Shown piece by piece: positions 1 to 12,139 of a stretch of 64,000 nt of DNA. The stretch spans positions 1 through 64,000 of the forward strand of contig JAUCBJ010000550.1 of NCBI GenBank assembly GCA_032718475.1, read 5' to 3'. The stretch is from Nemertoderma westbladi (taxonomy: Eukaryota > Animalia > Xenacoelomorpha). The notes under the pieces were generated by a model, which saw only the letters and a list, made by a program, of their open reading frames with translations, was not told the DNA's origin and ran no database searches. Position 1 is the first letter of the stretch. Each line of letters begins with the position of its first letter. Position numbers and translations under genes: made by a program.

Positions 1-620
1 TAGATAGAATAAGTGATTTTTTAAGTCACTTTAGTTGATTATTTCAGCCTTTCTTTAGATTTTTATATTAGTTTTTCAGTTTAGTCTCAACCCCCCTCCG
101 GTTGGGAGGGAGGGGATAGATAGAGAGGGAATATTTTTAAAATATACTAAATATAATCAATATAACTATTCCGGATGCACGCCACCCCCCCCCCCCCCCC
201 CCCCTTAATGTAAATATATATTCGTTATTAAGGATCTCTCCTCCCTCATGTTGTTTGTAAAACTGCGGACCGGGTGTTTGAGTTACAGTAGATCAATAAC
301 CCGACTAACTTTTATTGTTTGTTTAAATCACTCATAAGGAACGTAAGTCATTAGGGCCTACTGAGACCGACAGTACAACATAAGGATGCTTACCCTATAA
401 TATGGCTCGCCCCAAAAAATAATTATATAGTCCAGCTAGAAACCATCGATTTCTTTACAAAACTATCATTCATTATTACCAAAACGCAATCGTTATACCG
501 GTAATGTAAACAAACCACTGCGATATATCGCCTAATAAGCCACGTCCTGTCTTCGCACTCAAGCAAACCGTCAGGTGGGATTGGGTATGGGGCGAGCCAC
601 GCATTGAGCGATATCTTCCT

Positions 621-1025
621 TACTACTAGGATCGGCATGCTGCATTGCAGCTGCATTTTTAAGAATGCTGTGCCGGCTTATCGACAAAATTGCACCGCCA
701 CAACTCCCTATCACCCATGACATTTGCTAGATCATCCGCATCTTCAAGGCCAGTGTCCTTGAAGATGCGTCTCAAGAAAGTCATGGGCTGTCCACCATGC
801 TTATTCACTCCATGAGGCTGCCAAAGTACAAGATTATGCACTGGCTGGTCCTCACGGCGAAAACAATGTCCTGCAAAGCGGATGCGATTTTGTTCTAGTG
901 TCAAGCTTGGGGGAACCAATGAGACACCTCCAATGATATATAGTGTCTGGTTGGAGATATGTGCATTGTACTTGACACAATGAACCCGGCGTAGCATTCT
1001 TGTGAATGTGCCATCCAGAGATTCA
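621..1025 (-). mobile_element. 3' fragment of RTE-clade (RTE-X-like) non-LTR retrotransposon
   Basis: The translation LDGTFTRMLRRV...RFAGHCFRREDQPVHNLVLWQP resembles the RTE ORF C-terminus. It has a short 3' UTR ending in (TAG)n. Related copies lie at 40006, 42155, 55980 and 58313. Confidence 0.8.
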
Positions 1026-4000
1026 TTTCTGCATTTCATGTCATTTCTGCACACATACTTTAGACAAAGAAATATATGGGAGAGACACTGTTACCCCTAT
1101 GTGATCGCATCAACCGAGCTTAGTTCCTTGAGCTTCTTTATTACTAACCAGCAATTCAAATTGAATAACACAAGATTTCTTCATGAGAGAGTAACACTGT
1201 GTGGATAAGGGATTGAACTGTGCAGTAACCTATTTAAGTTAGAACCCAGTCAAATACAACCGTATGATTGGCATAGAGCAGGAGCCTGTAAATCAATTAT
1301 ACCCTCATATAAATCATATAGGGTGCAATATTATGATGGATTGTACAGCTGGGTGTTGCTTAAGGGTTTTCCCCCCGCAAACTATATCTGGGACACGCGG
1401 TACAATTTGGAATAAACGAATTCAACCTACTTAGCTACGCACGCCAACCTAAGCGTGTGGGGTGCATTAATAAATAGGAATGCTTCGTGTGAGGGCTGAG
1501 AGAGCCTGTTCTACCTACCATCCCAAAGATATTGAATTAGATCGCCGCCATCTTGTGCAAATAAAGGGGGGCTTGTACGAGCGAAAATAGGAGATAAGAT
1601 ATTTCTGTTATCTAGAAGCCAAATTATCTCCAAAACAAAATACAATGAAATGCGAGTAAATATATAGAATTCCTGCAACTTTATATCAGTGTCTACGACC
1701 TGTTACGTCAGTTTTATTTTGTGTGTCACTTTGGCAGTTTAATTGGATGTGACATTTTAGACTAAGGGAATAAGCTTGTCTGGTTGCTCATTCAGTTCAG
1801 GTCCACTGTAATTTGCGACTAGACATCACATGATGTAGCCACTCTAGGCCGGCAATACAATTTCCTTGAATAATTACATTATTGATTATTTTTATTCCCT
1901 TTATGTGTCAATCATGAAGATTGCGGACGATGACTCAATATTTCATCACCAGCAGTAGTGCCCAGACAAATATAAAGAAAATTCAATGTATCTTAAATTA
2001 ATTATGCCATATCCTATTTCAAAGGTAATCATCCACACACGAACAGTAGTGCTAAGGTGATATAGGTGGACATGTCTCCAGAGAGTAATCATATTAAAAA
2101 AACGGTACAATGGTAACCTAGCTTCTTCTGGGGAAGTAAAGAACGTGTTGGTTGTTATGGTGTGTTCAACATTGGGAGTTAGTGTGCCCCCCCCTGCCTT
2201 TTAGGTGATAGTCAAGAGAGAGGAGACTATGGTTCGGGTTGCCTCAGGTGTTTTGTTTTCCGCGTTCGCCGAAAATTTATAAAAAGTAAAACGCGAAATT
2301 TACAAAACTCCTAGATGTACCGGTACTTAGCCCTAATACATAATACAAATCTACAAGCAAGCTAGAGACCAAGTTCCAAAGGTCGACTCCTCTACAAATA
2401 ACTCTCACAATAAATGACCCCCACCCCTCGCACCCTTATACCTTCACTTTAATAGTTGCTAAGATGCCCGAACAGGAAATAAATGATTTAAAATAAATAA
2501 AAGATTTTCTTAATATATTAAAGAAAAGAAAGTAATGTTGATCTAAACCACATTGTATGTTATATCGAATATCGCAGATAATAACAACTAGGGGTATAGT
2601 GAACGTAGCATATTGTATTTCTTATTGAGAGAATGATAGGTAGAAAAATATATAAAGAAAATGACCCAAGGAAATAGAACTATCATTACATCGACGCAAT
2701 TAAACCACCAAACAAATTATTTAATTATTTATATTTGTAATACTGATCTAGATACTCAGTGAAAATAACCGTCTGCCAATATTAATTTTAATAAATAATA
2801 ATGTATTATTTAAAAATGATATGTATGAGACACGTTATTGTGTGAATAACAGGGAATTATCAGTGTTACTAATAAAATAACAAACAAGTTTACCGCACAA
2901 CAAATATATATAGTATATATGCGGCCGTGCAATGGTTAATACCAAACACAACGATTGTCTTATTAACTATAAACAATAAATTATATCCGTATGCGAACAA
3001 TAAGCAATAAATATCAAATGTTGTATAAAATCAAATAATAATAACATTAATTAATCAAATCAATTTGTTATTCAAACCCAACCCAAAATAGCTTAAATAA
3101 CAAGACTAAGCGACATACAGACAAATTAAACCTTGGGATTTAGAGAACAATGTCATTCAGTCCTGGGAAGCTTCGAAGCTACTCAGTGAAATATAACTAA
3201 TTTATATATGGTGAAATAAGTAGAGCTTTATGTGATAAGAATAGTCATATTAAATTATCGAGTTGCGGCGATTTTATCAGAGAAGAGAAGATTAGATGAT
3301 ATAATAATGTTAATAGTATTTCATACCTGGATTAGGGTTTCATTTTAATATTAAATGTATCGTAACTTATGTATCATAAAAATCGACCAAAAGTAAGAAC
3401 CAAGCCCCCCCCCCCCCGCGTCTAATTATCAAAATTGTGAGCATAAACACGCACAAACCATAAACAAAATTGTGTTCGTGGGGAATTTACGGGACACCAA
3501 AGTGTAGCATGTACAGTACCGGTACATAGTATATCAAATAAAGATTCTATTAATTTCTTCCAACAGAGTTTGATTAATTTCGGTAAATGTTTGAACAATT
3601 TTAGCGCTTTCTCGAAGATAAATTGAGAGCGCCTGTTTAACTGATCGCAACTTAACTTGCTAACGCTAATCAGGCATTGTATACTTCGTGGCTCGCCCCA
3701 CATAAAATAAACGATACACAAGGAACTGTCTATAAAAAAAGATCTCCGACGGGTTTGCCTATCTATTAGTATGGAGATGTACATGGGGTAACAAAAAAAC
3801 TTACACCCTAAAAAATAAAGGTAACTAACAAAATAAGATAGGGTTAACTCACTATGGCACAATACATGATCCCAACCAGAACACGCAACATAGCACAACA
3901 ACCACTAAAATACCGCGTGTTAATAAAATCCAACCAAACCTAAAGTGTTGGTTATTAAATATTAATTAATTTTTATTTACAAAATAAAGCTAACAATTAC

Positions 4001-4276
4001 AGATGTTTAATATAATGATGTAATTAATTTCTAGAAAATTTCATTGATTTTCGTACACCTGTCATTTAACGGTAAACCAATTTCATTTTTTTACAATGAG
4101 ACAGAAGGATTTATAGATAATGTATCTAAATTATATTTAATATCATATTCTATCTATTATGGAAGATGATGTTACTTTTATACCACTGTCTGGCTGTCCA
4201 TATTCTATACATTTAGATGGGGGGGGGGGGGGGGGGGGGGTAAATAGACGCAAGAAAAATTAACCATTTTCCAGGG

Positions 4277-4759
4277 GAAAATCGACGTAAATAACAGCTG
4301 ATTACTCGGAAAATCGACGTAAATAACAGCTGATTACTCGGAAAATCGACGTAAATAACAGCTGATTACTCGGAAAATCGACGTAAATAACAGCTGATTA
4401 CTCGGAAAATCGACGTAAATAACAGCTGATTACTCGGAAAATCGACGTAAATAACAGCTGATTACTCGGAAAATCGACGTAAATAACAGCTGATTACTCG
4501 GAAAATCGACGTAAATAACAGCTGATTGATTACTCGGAAAATCGACGGAAATAACAGCTGATTACTCGGAAAATCGACGTAAATAACAGCTGATTACTCG
4601 GAAAATCGACGTAAATAACAGCTGATTACTCGGAAAATCGACGTAAATAACAGCTGATTACTCGGAAAATCGACGTAAATAACAGCTGATTACTCGGGAA
4701 ATCGACGTAAATAACAGCTGATTACTCGGAAAATCGACGCAAATAACAGCTGATTACTC
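4277..4759. repeat. 32-bp minisatellite (~15 copies, GAAAATCGACGTAAATAACAGCTGATTACTCG)
   Basis: Near-perfect head-to-tail copies read directly; one copy has a 4-bp GATT duplication; no spacers. Confidence 0.97.
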
Positions 4760-6833
4760 ACAAAAATAAACATGTAACTTGTTCGATTGGTTTTCGTTTA
4801 TTCATTTGGTTAGAATAAAGCGTCACTGCAACCTGGTCCATATTAATTAATTCGCCTAGATAGAACCCCCCCCCCCCCCCCGATTTACTAGACTAATTAC
4901 GTGTCAAAACACAGAAAACTAGCCAATATTGAGATTGAGACTTTATGTACATAGGGGTCTACAGAAATTCAAAGAATCAATTTAACACGAATTAATTTTT
5001 ACTGTGTTAAGTTCTTTAAAAATAAGAGAAAAGACGAAAACGTAAGACGCATACGACCTTTCCTACGCCTCGTACCGAACGTAACGAACAACATTTTGAG
5101 ATGTTAGTGTAATGGAATAAAATTGAAAAGGTTGCAATTTGAAAAGCGATAAACAAATATAATAAATAAATATATAACGGACTAACGCTGAATGTTTGCA
5201 GAAGATGTCTGTAAGTAAATGTCGGTTTTACGAACTTGTTAATTTTTAAATCCAAAAACATCGGTTTGGAAAACCCATATTTTCATATAGCCATAGTGGT
5301 ATATTAATTACAGAGGTACCGGTAGCTAGATGCCAATAGGTTATATGTGAGAGAAAATCTAATTCCTTGACCATGAACGCATTTGGTTGGGTCTAACGGG
5401 AATGGGCGAGCTTAAATTATCTTGATCGTAATTGGCTTTACAGGACTAAAGTTTTAAAATGTAAACAGTAAGTAATGTTCAGCATTGTTTTAACTAAATA
5501 AATCGATTACGCAAATCAGGCAGCCGACAAAACAGAACGGAAATTGTATTAAACGCTCTAAGTTCACTGGAATATAAAGACAGTAGTTAACCGGAAACTG
5601 GAGTAATTATTATTCCACATCAAGGTACCATAAAAACAAACAAACAACATATGTTGGTACGTAGATGTCGGCAACAAGAAACAGTGAAAACGATGGCTCA
5701 ATGTGTCTTCTAACAAGAATCTTCTATCAAAATCTTGCAAATTGCGCGCTTCTCAATTATAATATTCCTGATATCTTCTATGAAGAATCGTATTTAACAA
5801 AAAAGTCGTAGATGTCTGAGTAAATCACAATAATTGACTACAAGAAAAGATCAGTATGCTGAAATGTAATGAAATGACTAATGAGGCAGATGAATGTAAG
5901 AGTAATCCGTAAGAGTAAGATGTAAGAAGTAATCCTCTGCAAACATAGTTTTGACACTGGAAAGAGCAAAGAGATACAATTTATAATACATTTCGACCAA
6001 AACCCACAATTTTTTGTGATAAACATAGAAGCAACGTCATCATATATTCGAATATATGCAATATATAAGAAAGCACGCTGTTTTCATAATAATTTTAAAG
6101 AAATATGGGGAACAAGGTAGACATTCCCGTACCGCCTAAATTTATATAACATTAATGTTAAAACATTTCAGCCGTCGGATCAAGTATTGCTCTGCTCTGC
6201 CCCATACGATAAAGAGAAACTAGAGTACCGGTAATTAAAACCAACCGAACAGGCACCATATAAAGCTAAAGGCTATTTAATTTAATTCGTATAAAATTAT
6301 TACAATTTGCTACGTAGACAAAATATACCAAGTTGTCCAAGAATATATTATATATGCCGTTCTGTAATATTTAAAAAATATACCAAAACGTGTTTGTGGG
6401 TTATCTATCTGCTGCTGCTCGCACAGTAAAAGGTAACTCGTCAAACTCTAACTAACTCGTAACAACTGCCTCTATCTACATAATATCAACATCAATGGTC
6501 TCACCTATATGTACCATATACACCAAGAGCAAGGCTGCACTTACCTGTAAAAGTTAATGGCAGCGGAGAAACCTGTAGCTATGTCTGTCTGTTTTTGACA
6601 AGGATAGCAATGAGTTGTTAGGTAGATTGCGATCAACAAGAGGTACAACGCACTTACCGTACCTTTTAAATGTCCAACATATTAAATAATATGTCATATA
6701 TATAACAATAATATATCGAATATATACTATCTTATAATCAATCATAATATTTGAGAAACCGGCGTAGATTCTATGGACAACTTTGGTATATCAAGATTCG
6801 CAATGTTTTATTTTTAAACTATCGGTTCTGGTT

Positions 6834-9194
6834 CTAGTAGCTAGCCAACCTCTCCGGGTCGGGTTGACCCGGGGACGAGTCGGCTTCCGAGTTGGTCGAG
6901 ATATCGAGGTTCCCGGACGGGGAGACCCTCCCGGACGGGGAAACCCTCCCGGACAGACTGGCGCTCAGGGCGACCAACCGGTCCGGATTGTCCGAGATGT
7001 TCAACCGCGAGAGAACGTCCAGAATCCTCGCGGAATCCCCAGTTTTATTGCCCCCGAGGGGGGGCGTTGTTGTCCCTCCCTCCTCCAACGGTTTATCCCC
7101 CCCGCCGACTCCAGCCGCTCTCTTAGTCCGTGCCATCACGTCCGCCAACCGCTTCCTCCGCTGTTCCCTCTCCTGTTCCGCGCGTTCCGCACGTTCCTTC
7201 TCCATCTGCGAGCGTTCCGCTTCAACTCTCTCCCGTTCCGCGCGCAACTCATCCTCCCGTTCTACCCGCGCCGCAGCCGCTCTCTGTTCCTCAACCAATC
7301 TGACGCGTTCCCTCTCCTGCTTACGTTCCGCCTCCTGTACGCGTTCCTCTTCCTCTCTCCGTTCTGCCTCCTCCGCCAACCGTTGGCGTTCCTCCGCAGC
7401 TACCAGTTCCCTCTCCAGCCTCTCCTCTTCCCCTCTCCTTCTTCTCTCCTCCACTTCCAACTCCTCCGCCTCTCTCCTCTCTCGGGCTACTCGTCGTTTC
7501 TCCGCTAACTTCACCCGGTATTCCTCCTCGGTCACCCCGGCAGTGGAGGAACGAGAGGGCGAGAGGCAGCGTTCAGCGCCGCCGACAGGGGAGAGGGCGC
7601 GTTGGGGAGATAGAACGCGTTCCGTGTGCTCAGGAGAAGTAGCTGGGACTGCAGGCGAGCGTTTCGCACCAACAGGCGAGCGTTCTGCACCAACACTCGA
7701 GCGTTCCGTATGTTCAGGGGAACGTTCTAACTCTATTTCTATCTCCCCAGTTTCAGCAGCTGTGGAGGAGGAACTCACCTCGTCGTGTTGAACCTTCGGA
7801 CCGTGAAGAATCTCCACCACGGGGTCCATCCCGTCCTCTGGGAGCTCCAGTCTGGGGACCTCGGTCTCCGTGGGAACGTCTCCAACCGCCGGGGGAGTCT
7901 GCCTCCCCGGTACAACCGCCGTCGTCGGTTTCGGTTTGAGTTTCGGCTTAACCGGCTGAGTTTGTCTGAGGGTGACGAGCGGCTGCTTGATCTTCGGGGG
8001 CCCGGCGGGGGGGTTCCTGGACGCGGGTGGCCGAGGGGGCACAGCGGGGGGCCGAGGGGCAGTCGCCTTCTGGGGGCCGCGCCTCGGGAGCGGCTGGTAT
8101 GAAACCGACTTCTCTTGCCGCGCCTCGGGGCGCGCCCGTGGCGCTGTGCCGGGCGCCTCCGGTTTGACCCGCGGCTCCGACTTGACCCGCGGCCGGGCGC
8201 GGCTTTCCGGGTCCCCGGCAACGCCGCCCCCGCGACGCGGGCTGACCGGGGTCACGGCCCGCGCCGATACCGACCGCTTGGGGGCGCTGTCGCGCGGGGA
8301 GTCCTGTGAGTTCGCCCGGGGTCTCTCTTTGGCGGCCGCGAGTATTACCTCCCGTCTCCGGGCCGCCGCCGCTGTGCGGATGCACTGAGCGCTAGCGCTG
8401 CGCCGCGCCTGCGCCCGCTGGTAACACTCCTCCGTACGTCTCAACAACGCTTCTCTCCTCTCGGCTTCCTCTCTCTGTATTCGCTTCCTTCTCTCTTCCA
8501 CCTCCCGTCTGTGATCATCTTCACGACTTCGCCGTTCCAACAACTTGTTGTGCCGTTCCACAAAATATTTCTCTTGGCGTTTCCGTTGTTGGCGGAGTTT
8601 AAAAGCGAGAGCTGAGCCGTCAAGGACGGGGCGGTATAGTGTAGCGACTCGGGGTACTGGTACGGTTGAACCCGGACGAGCGTCGCCACGTGTGCTGCCG
8701 CTCTGCGACACGTTGGCCGATGTTGCTCGGTTAGACGCGTCGCTGCGGGGAGTGAAGGCATCACTAGGGCTGCTCAGTTCGTTACTACGGGGAGTAGGTT
8801 CATTGTTATGGGGACTAAGTTCGTTGCTACTGGGAAGAGCTTCGTTGCTAGGGGGACTAAATTCGTAGCTATGAGGAGTAAGTTCGTTGCTACGAGGAGT
8901 AAGTTCATTGCTATGGGATGTTGTATTTGTCTTGGACATGCTACCGGTATTCAATTCAATTTCATGGCAATTATATGATTCCGCATAGCCAGGCTGGATT
9001 GAGGATTCAACATTAACCAATGGGTCGGTGACCTTGATCTTAGACATAATACCGGTAGTTCCAGAATCCCCTCTACTTGAATCGCTTTCAATTAAGTCAA
9101 ATGAAACAGCATCAGTGGAAAGTGGCACTGGCACAGTTTCAATTCCATTAACCTGAACATCATCGCCAGTAGCAGTACCTCCACTCGCTTCCAT
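6834..9194 (-). CDS. MAP7: MAP7/ensconsin-family microtubule-associated protein (single coding exon visible)
   Basis: 786-aa ORF with an N-terminal charged coiled coil (EVEERRKRIQREEAERREALLRRTEE), a Pro/Arg-rich linker, and a C-terminal MAP7 domain (AGVTEEEYRVKLAEKRRVARERRE...EREQRRKRLADVMARTKR). The start codon is not verified. Confidence 0.8.
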   Translation of the reverse strand: MEASGGTATGDDVQVNGIETVPVPLSTDAVSFDLIESDSSRGDSGTTGIMSKIKVTDPLVNVESSIQPGYAESYNCHEIELNTGSMSKTNTTSHSNELTPRSNELTPHSYEFSPPSNEALPSSNELSPHNNEPTPRSNELSSPSDAFTPRSDASNRATSANVSQSGSTRGDARPGSTVPVPRVATLYRPVLDGSALAFKLRQQRKRQEKYFVERHNKLLERRSREDDHRREVEERRKRIQREEAERREALLRRTEECYQRAQARRSASAQCIRTAAAARRREVILAAAKERPRANSQDSPRDSAPKRSVSARAVTPVSPRRGGGVAGDPESRARPRVKSEPRVKPEAPGTAPRARPEARQEKSVSYQPLPRRGPQKATAPRPPAVPPRPPASRNPPAGPPKIKQPLVTLRQTQPVKPKLKPKPTTAVVPGRQTPPAVGDVPTETEVPRLELPEDGMDPVVEILHGPKVQHDEVSSSSTAAETGEIEIELERSPEHTERSSVGAERSPVGAKRSPAVPATSPEHTERVLSPQRALSPVGGAERCLSPSRSSTAGVTEEEYRVKLAEKRRVARERREAEELEVEERRRRGEEERLERELVAAEERQRLAEEAERREEEERVQEAERKQERERVRLVEEQRAAAARVEREDELRAERERVEAERSQMEKERAERAEQEREQRRKRLADVMARTKRAAGVGGGDKPLEEGGTTTPPLGGNKTGDSARILDVLSRLNISDNPDRLVALSASLSGRVSPSGRVSPSGNLDISTNSEADSSPGQPDPERLASY

Positions 9195-10140
9195 ATGTGA
9201 AATTATTTTAAAACAGTAGGCTTAGGCTATGACTACGCCTCAGCCTGACAGCACTAAACTGTTTGTAAATATATGTCATATATCACTGTATCAGCATCAG
9301 CATGTACCGCATATGAAATATATGTAACTTTCTTCATCGTCTGATATTGAGGCAGAGTGAGGTGATATATAATAAATATGATGCAGCAAAATTCACTGTT
9401 ACCGGTACCGTATATAAAGAATCTGTCTGACTGTTTATGCCTATATCTGTATATGCTATACTATACCAGTATACCGGCACTACGCCAAATGTTATTTTGA
9501 ATATTGCCAGGTATATTTTTCACGCGTTTAAACTACGTGCCATCCAGGCTGCAAATGAAGTGCAAAAATCGCAACGCGTTATGCGCGTATTTGAAATAGT
9601 GCGCGGTAAAAGCGCGCGGAATTGAAATAAAGGTGCGCGAAATTATGTGAAAGACAACAAAAGTGCGCGTTGTGCGCAGTAATCTGTGCAAAAGATCAAA
9701 AGTCATAAAGTGCGCGTACAGGTGGATGAGGTGTAAAAAAGTTTACATGCATGCGAAGTGAGAAAAATTATTTGCCACAAAAAATTTCGCTCGCTTCGCT
9801 CGCGTCTCTTTCCATTTTGCATTGTCAGATTGTTCAAAATGTCGAAATTTCGCTGACTTTTAGTTTTGCACGCGTTTCTTTTTCATTTTGCACTGTTACA
9901 ATGAAAAAATTTGCTCGCTTCGTAAATTACCGTAATAAATAGAAAGATACACTGTAGAACCTTTCGAGTAACTGCAACAGATTTGTAGTAACTGTAGACA
10001 CTGTTCAGCTGTTTGGCCCTTCGCGCATCACGTGAGTTGCATGAAATATATATACGCACAGTATTGGCCCTTCGCGCAGCATGTTAGATACACACACATA
10101 ATGCATAACAGCATAGTATATAGACCAAAGCGTACTATAT

Positions 10141-11115
10141 GCAAGGCAGCAAGGCCATGCCATCGAGTTAACTGGGCAGCTGGGGGCGTTGACTGGACTG
10201 GGGCACTGGGGGCAAGATTTTTTTTACAACAATTTGATATTTTGATATGGGAAGAGTTCTATAAATTTTAATTTGCTGCAATTTGATCAATGGACGTACT
10301 TGAAGCCTCCTCGTTAAGTAAGATACAAAATTTTATGGTAGCTAGTGATTTAGGGAGGTTTAGCTAGTACTGTAGTAATTTCGACACTGGCTGACTGGTT
10401 CCGACATCCTACTGTTCTACTTCCTACAGTCCTATAAATATTTTCTAGTAGCTAGTTTATATTACTATTTATTTGTATAGAAAATGTTCCAGAAGATGTT
10501 AGGTAGTTTTTGAAAAAAAAAGTTTTGAAAATATTTTTATTGATTTTAAACACGTCCAGACGTCAGTACGTTTTAGAACGATTCCATGCGTTTTAAATAG
10601 AATCCATATTTTTTTCTAAAAAAGGTTCTAGAACAAAAAATATTTGTTCTACCGGTAAAACATAATTAAAAAAAAATTAATAGCTAACATATTCTGGAAC
10701 ATTTTCTATAGGCCTACAAACAAATAGTAATAAAAAGTACTGTAGCTAGTTAGCTACTAGGCCTACAAAATATTTATTGAAGGAAGTAGGATGTCGGAAC
10801 TCGGAACCAGTGTCGAAATTACTAGCTAAACCTACCTAAAACACTAGCAACTAGCTACCATAAAATTGTGTATCTTACCAAGGACAGAGGACTTACCGGT
10901 AACTTGACTTAACGAGGATGCTTAAATTACGTCCATTGACCAAATTGCAGCAAATGAAAATTTATAGAACTCTCCCCATATCAAACTGTCAAAATCAAAT
11001 TGTTGTAAAAAAATCTTGCCCCCAGTCACCGCCCCCAGTTAACTCGATGGCATGCAGGCATGGCCTTGTCTATAGTAAGTAGGCCTACCGCTACCGGTAG
11101 GCCTTGCCTTGATAT
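10141..11115. mobile_element. Foldback/MITE-like element with ~380-bp inverted arms
   Basis: 10141-10540 aligns to the reverse complement of ~10630-11115 (e.g. CATCGAGTTAACTGGG/CCCAGTTAACTCGATG and GAAAATGTTCCAGAA/TTCTGGAACATTTTC). Confidence 0.9.
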
Positions 11116-12139
11116 AGACACACGGATGGGACCTCGATCGATCACCACGTGAATTACGTAATACAGTAATAAATAGGCTGATAGGTAGAGACTTAGTACA
11201 ACCCATCGAGCAGCATGCGAGTAATATCCACAAATGCTGTAATGACTAATATGCAGTAAATATAGATAGATTATATATCAGTATATTATTGACTAAAATG
11301 GAATACTACAGTCAGACAGTACTAGGCCTATATAATAATAAACAAAATATACATAGCGGTTCGCTGGCATTTAGTCCTAAATCAAAAATTAAGTCACTCA
11401 CTGCTGCACTGTCAGACTGGTGGACCCTTCACGCGCAGGCAGGCAGGTGCAGCATGTGCAGTGCAGATGTCTGGATGTGTGTTACATGAAATAACGGGCA
11501 GAAGGCAGGAAGGGTGCAGGAGTCTGGGAGTGAGCCGGACACTTTACCACACTGCCATTTCAGCATTTCAACACAGGCCATTTCGACACAGACTGACAGA
11601 AATTCTGTAACGAAGTGTCTTGTGTCGGTAGTTCCTGATTTCTGCTACTGTCTGACTGTGTTATACTGTCAGACTGTTACAGTGTTAGGCCTATACTACT
11701 GTACTAAGGTGTCCTGTCAGCCTGTGCTGCCAGGCTGCTGTGTCAGTGTGTTCGGCAGTTTGGCTAGGCTAGACTCAACAGGTCAATTGTCAACTATCAC
11801 GCTGTCGTTTGCAATTTGACTGTAGGCAGCGAGAGAGACAGAAACCGGTCCAGTCTGCCAGTCCAGTCCGCCAGTGCAGTGACAGTACTGCAGTACCGGA
11901 ACTGCAGTACGACTGTACGAGTACAGCTGCTGAGCTGCAGTCAGTCCAGTCGTGTGTGTGTAGTCTAGCAGGCTGCGAGTTGAGTGCCTGGTTCTCCTCC
12001 AGTCTACCAGTACTGCAGTAGCAAAAAACTATTAGTTTCTCTCTTTCCGGTTCGATAACCTTATATATCCTTTGTGTAGCAGCGCAGCTACTATATATTA
12101 TAATGTAGCTGTACTGCTGTAGTTATAGGGGTGGGGTGG

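Noticed and set aside
3422-3901. 159-aa minus-strand ORF
   Set aside because: No recognisable homology or convincing exon structure; not supportable from sequence alone.
4277-4759. 32-bp direct repeats as a CRISPR array
   Set aside because: Contiguous units with no spacers.
6783-8868. Multiple overlapping antisense/alternative-frame ORFs over MAP7
   Set aside because: Expected from high GC and low-complexity coding sequence; no recognisable motifs.
9540-9945. GCGCG-rich segment upstream of MAP7 as a CpG-island promoter
   Set aside because: It has repeat-like AAATTTCGCTCGCTTCGCTCG motifs typical of MITE interiors; neither promoter nor element boundaries can be established.
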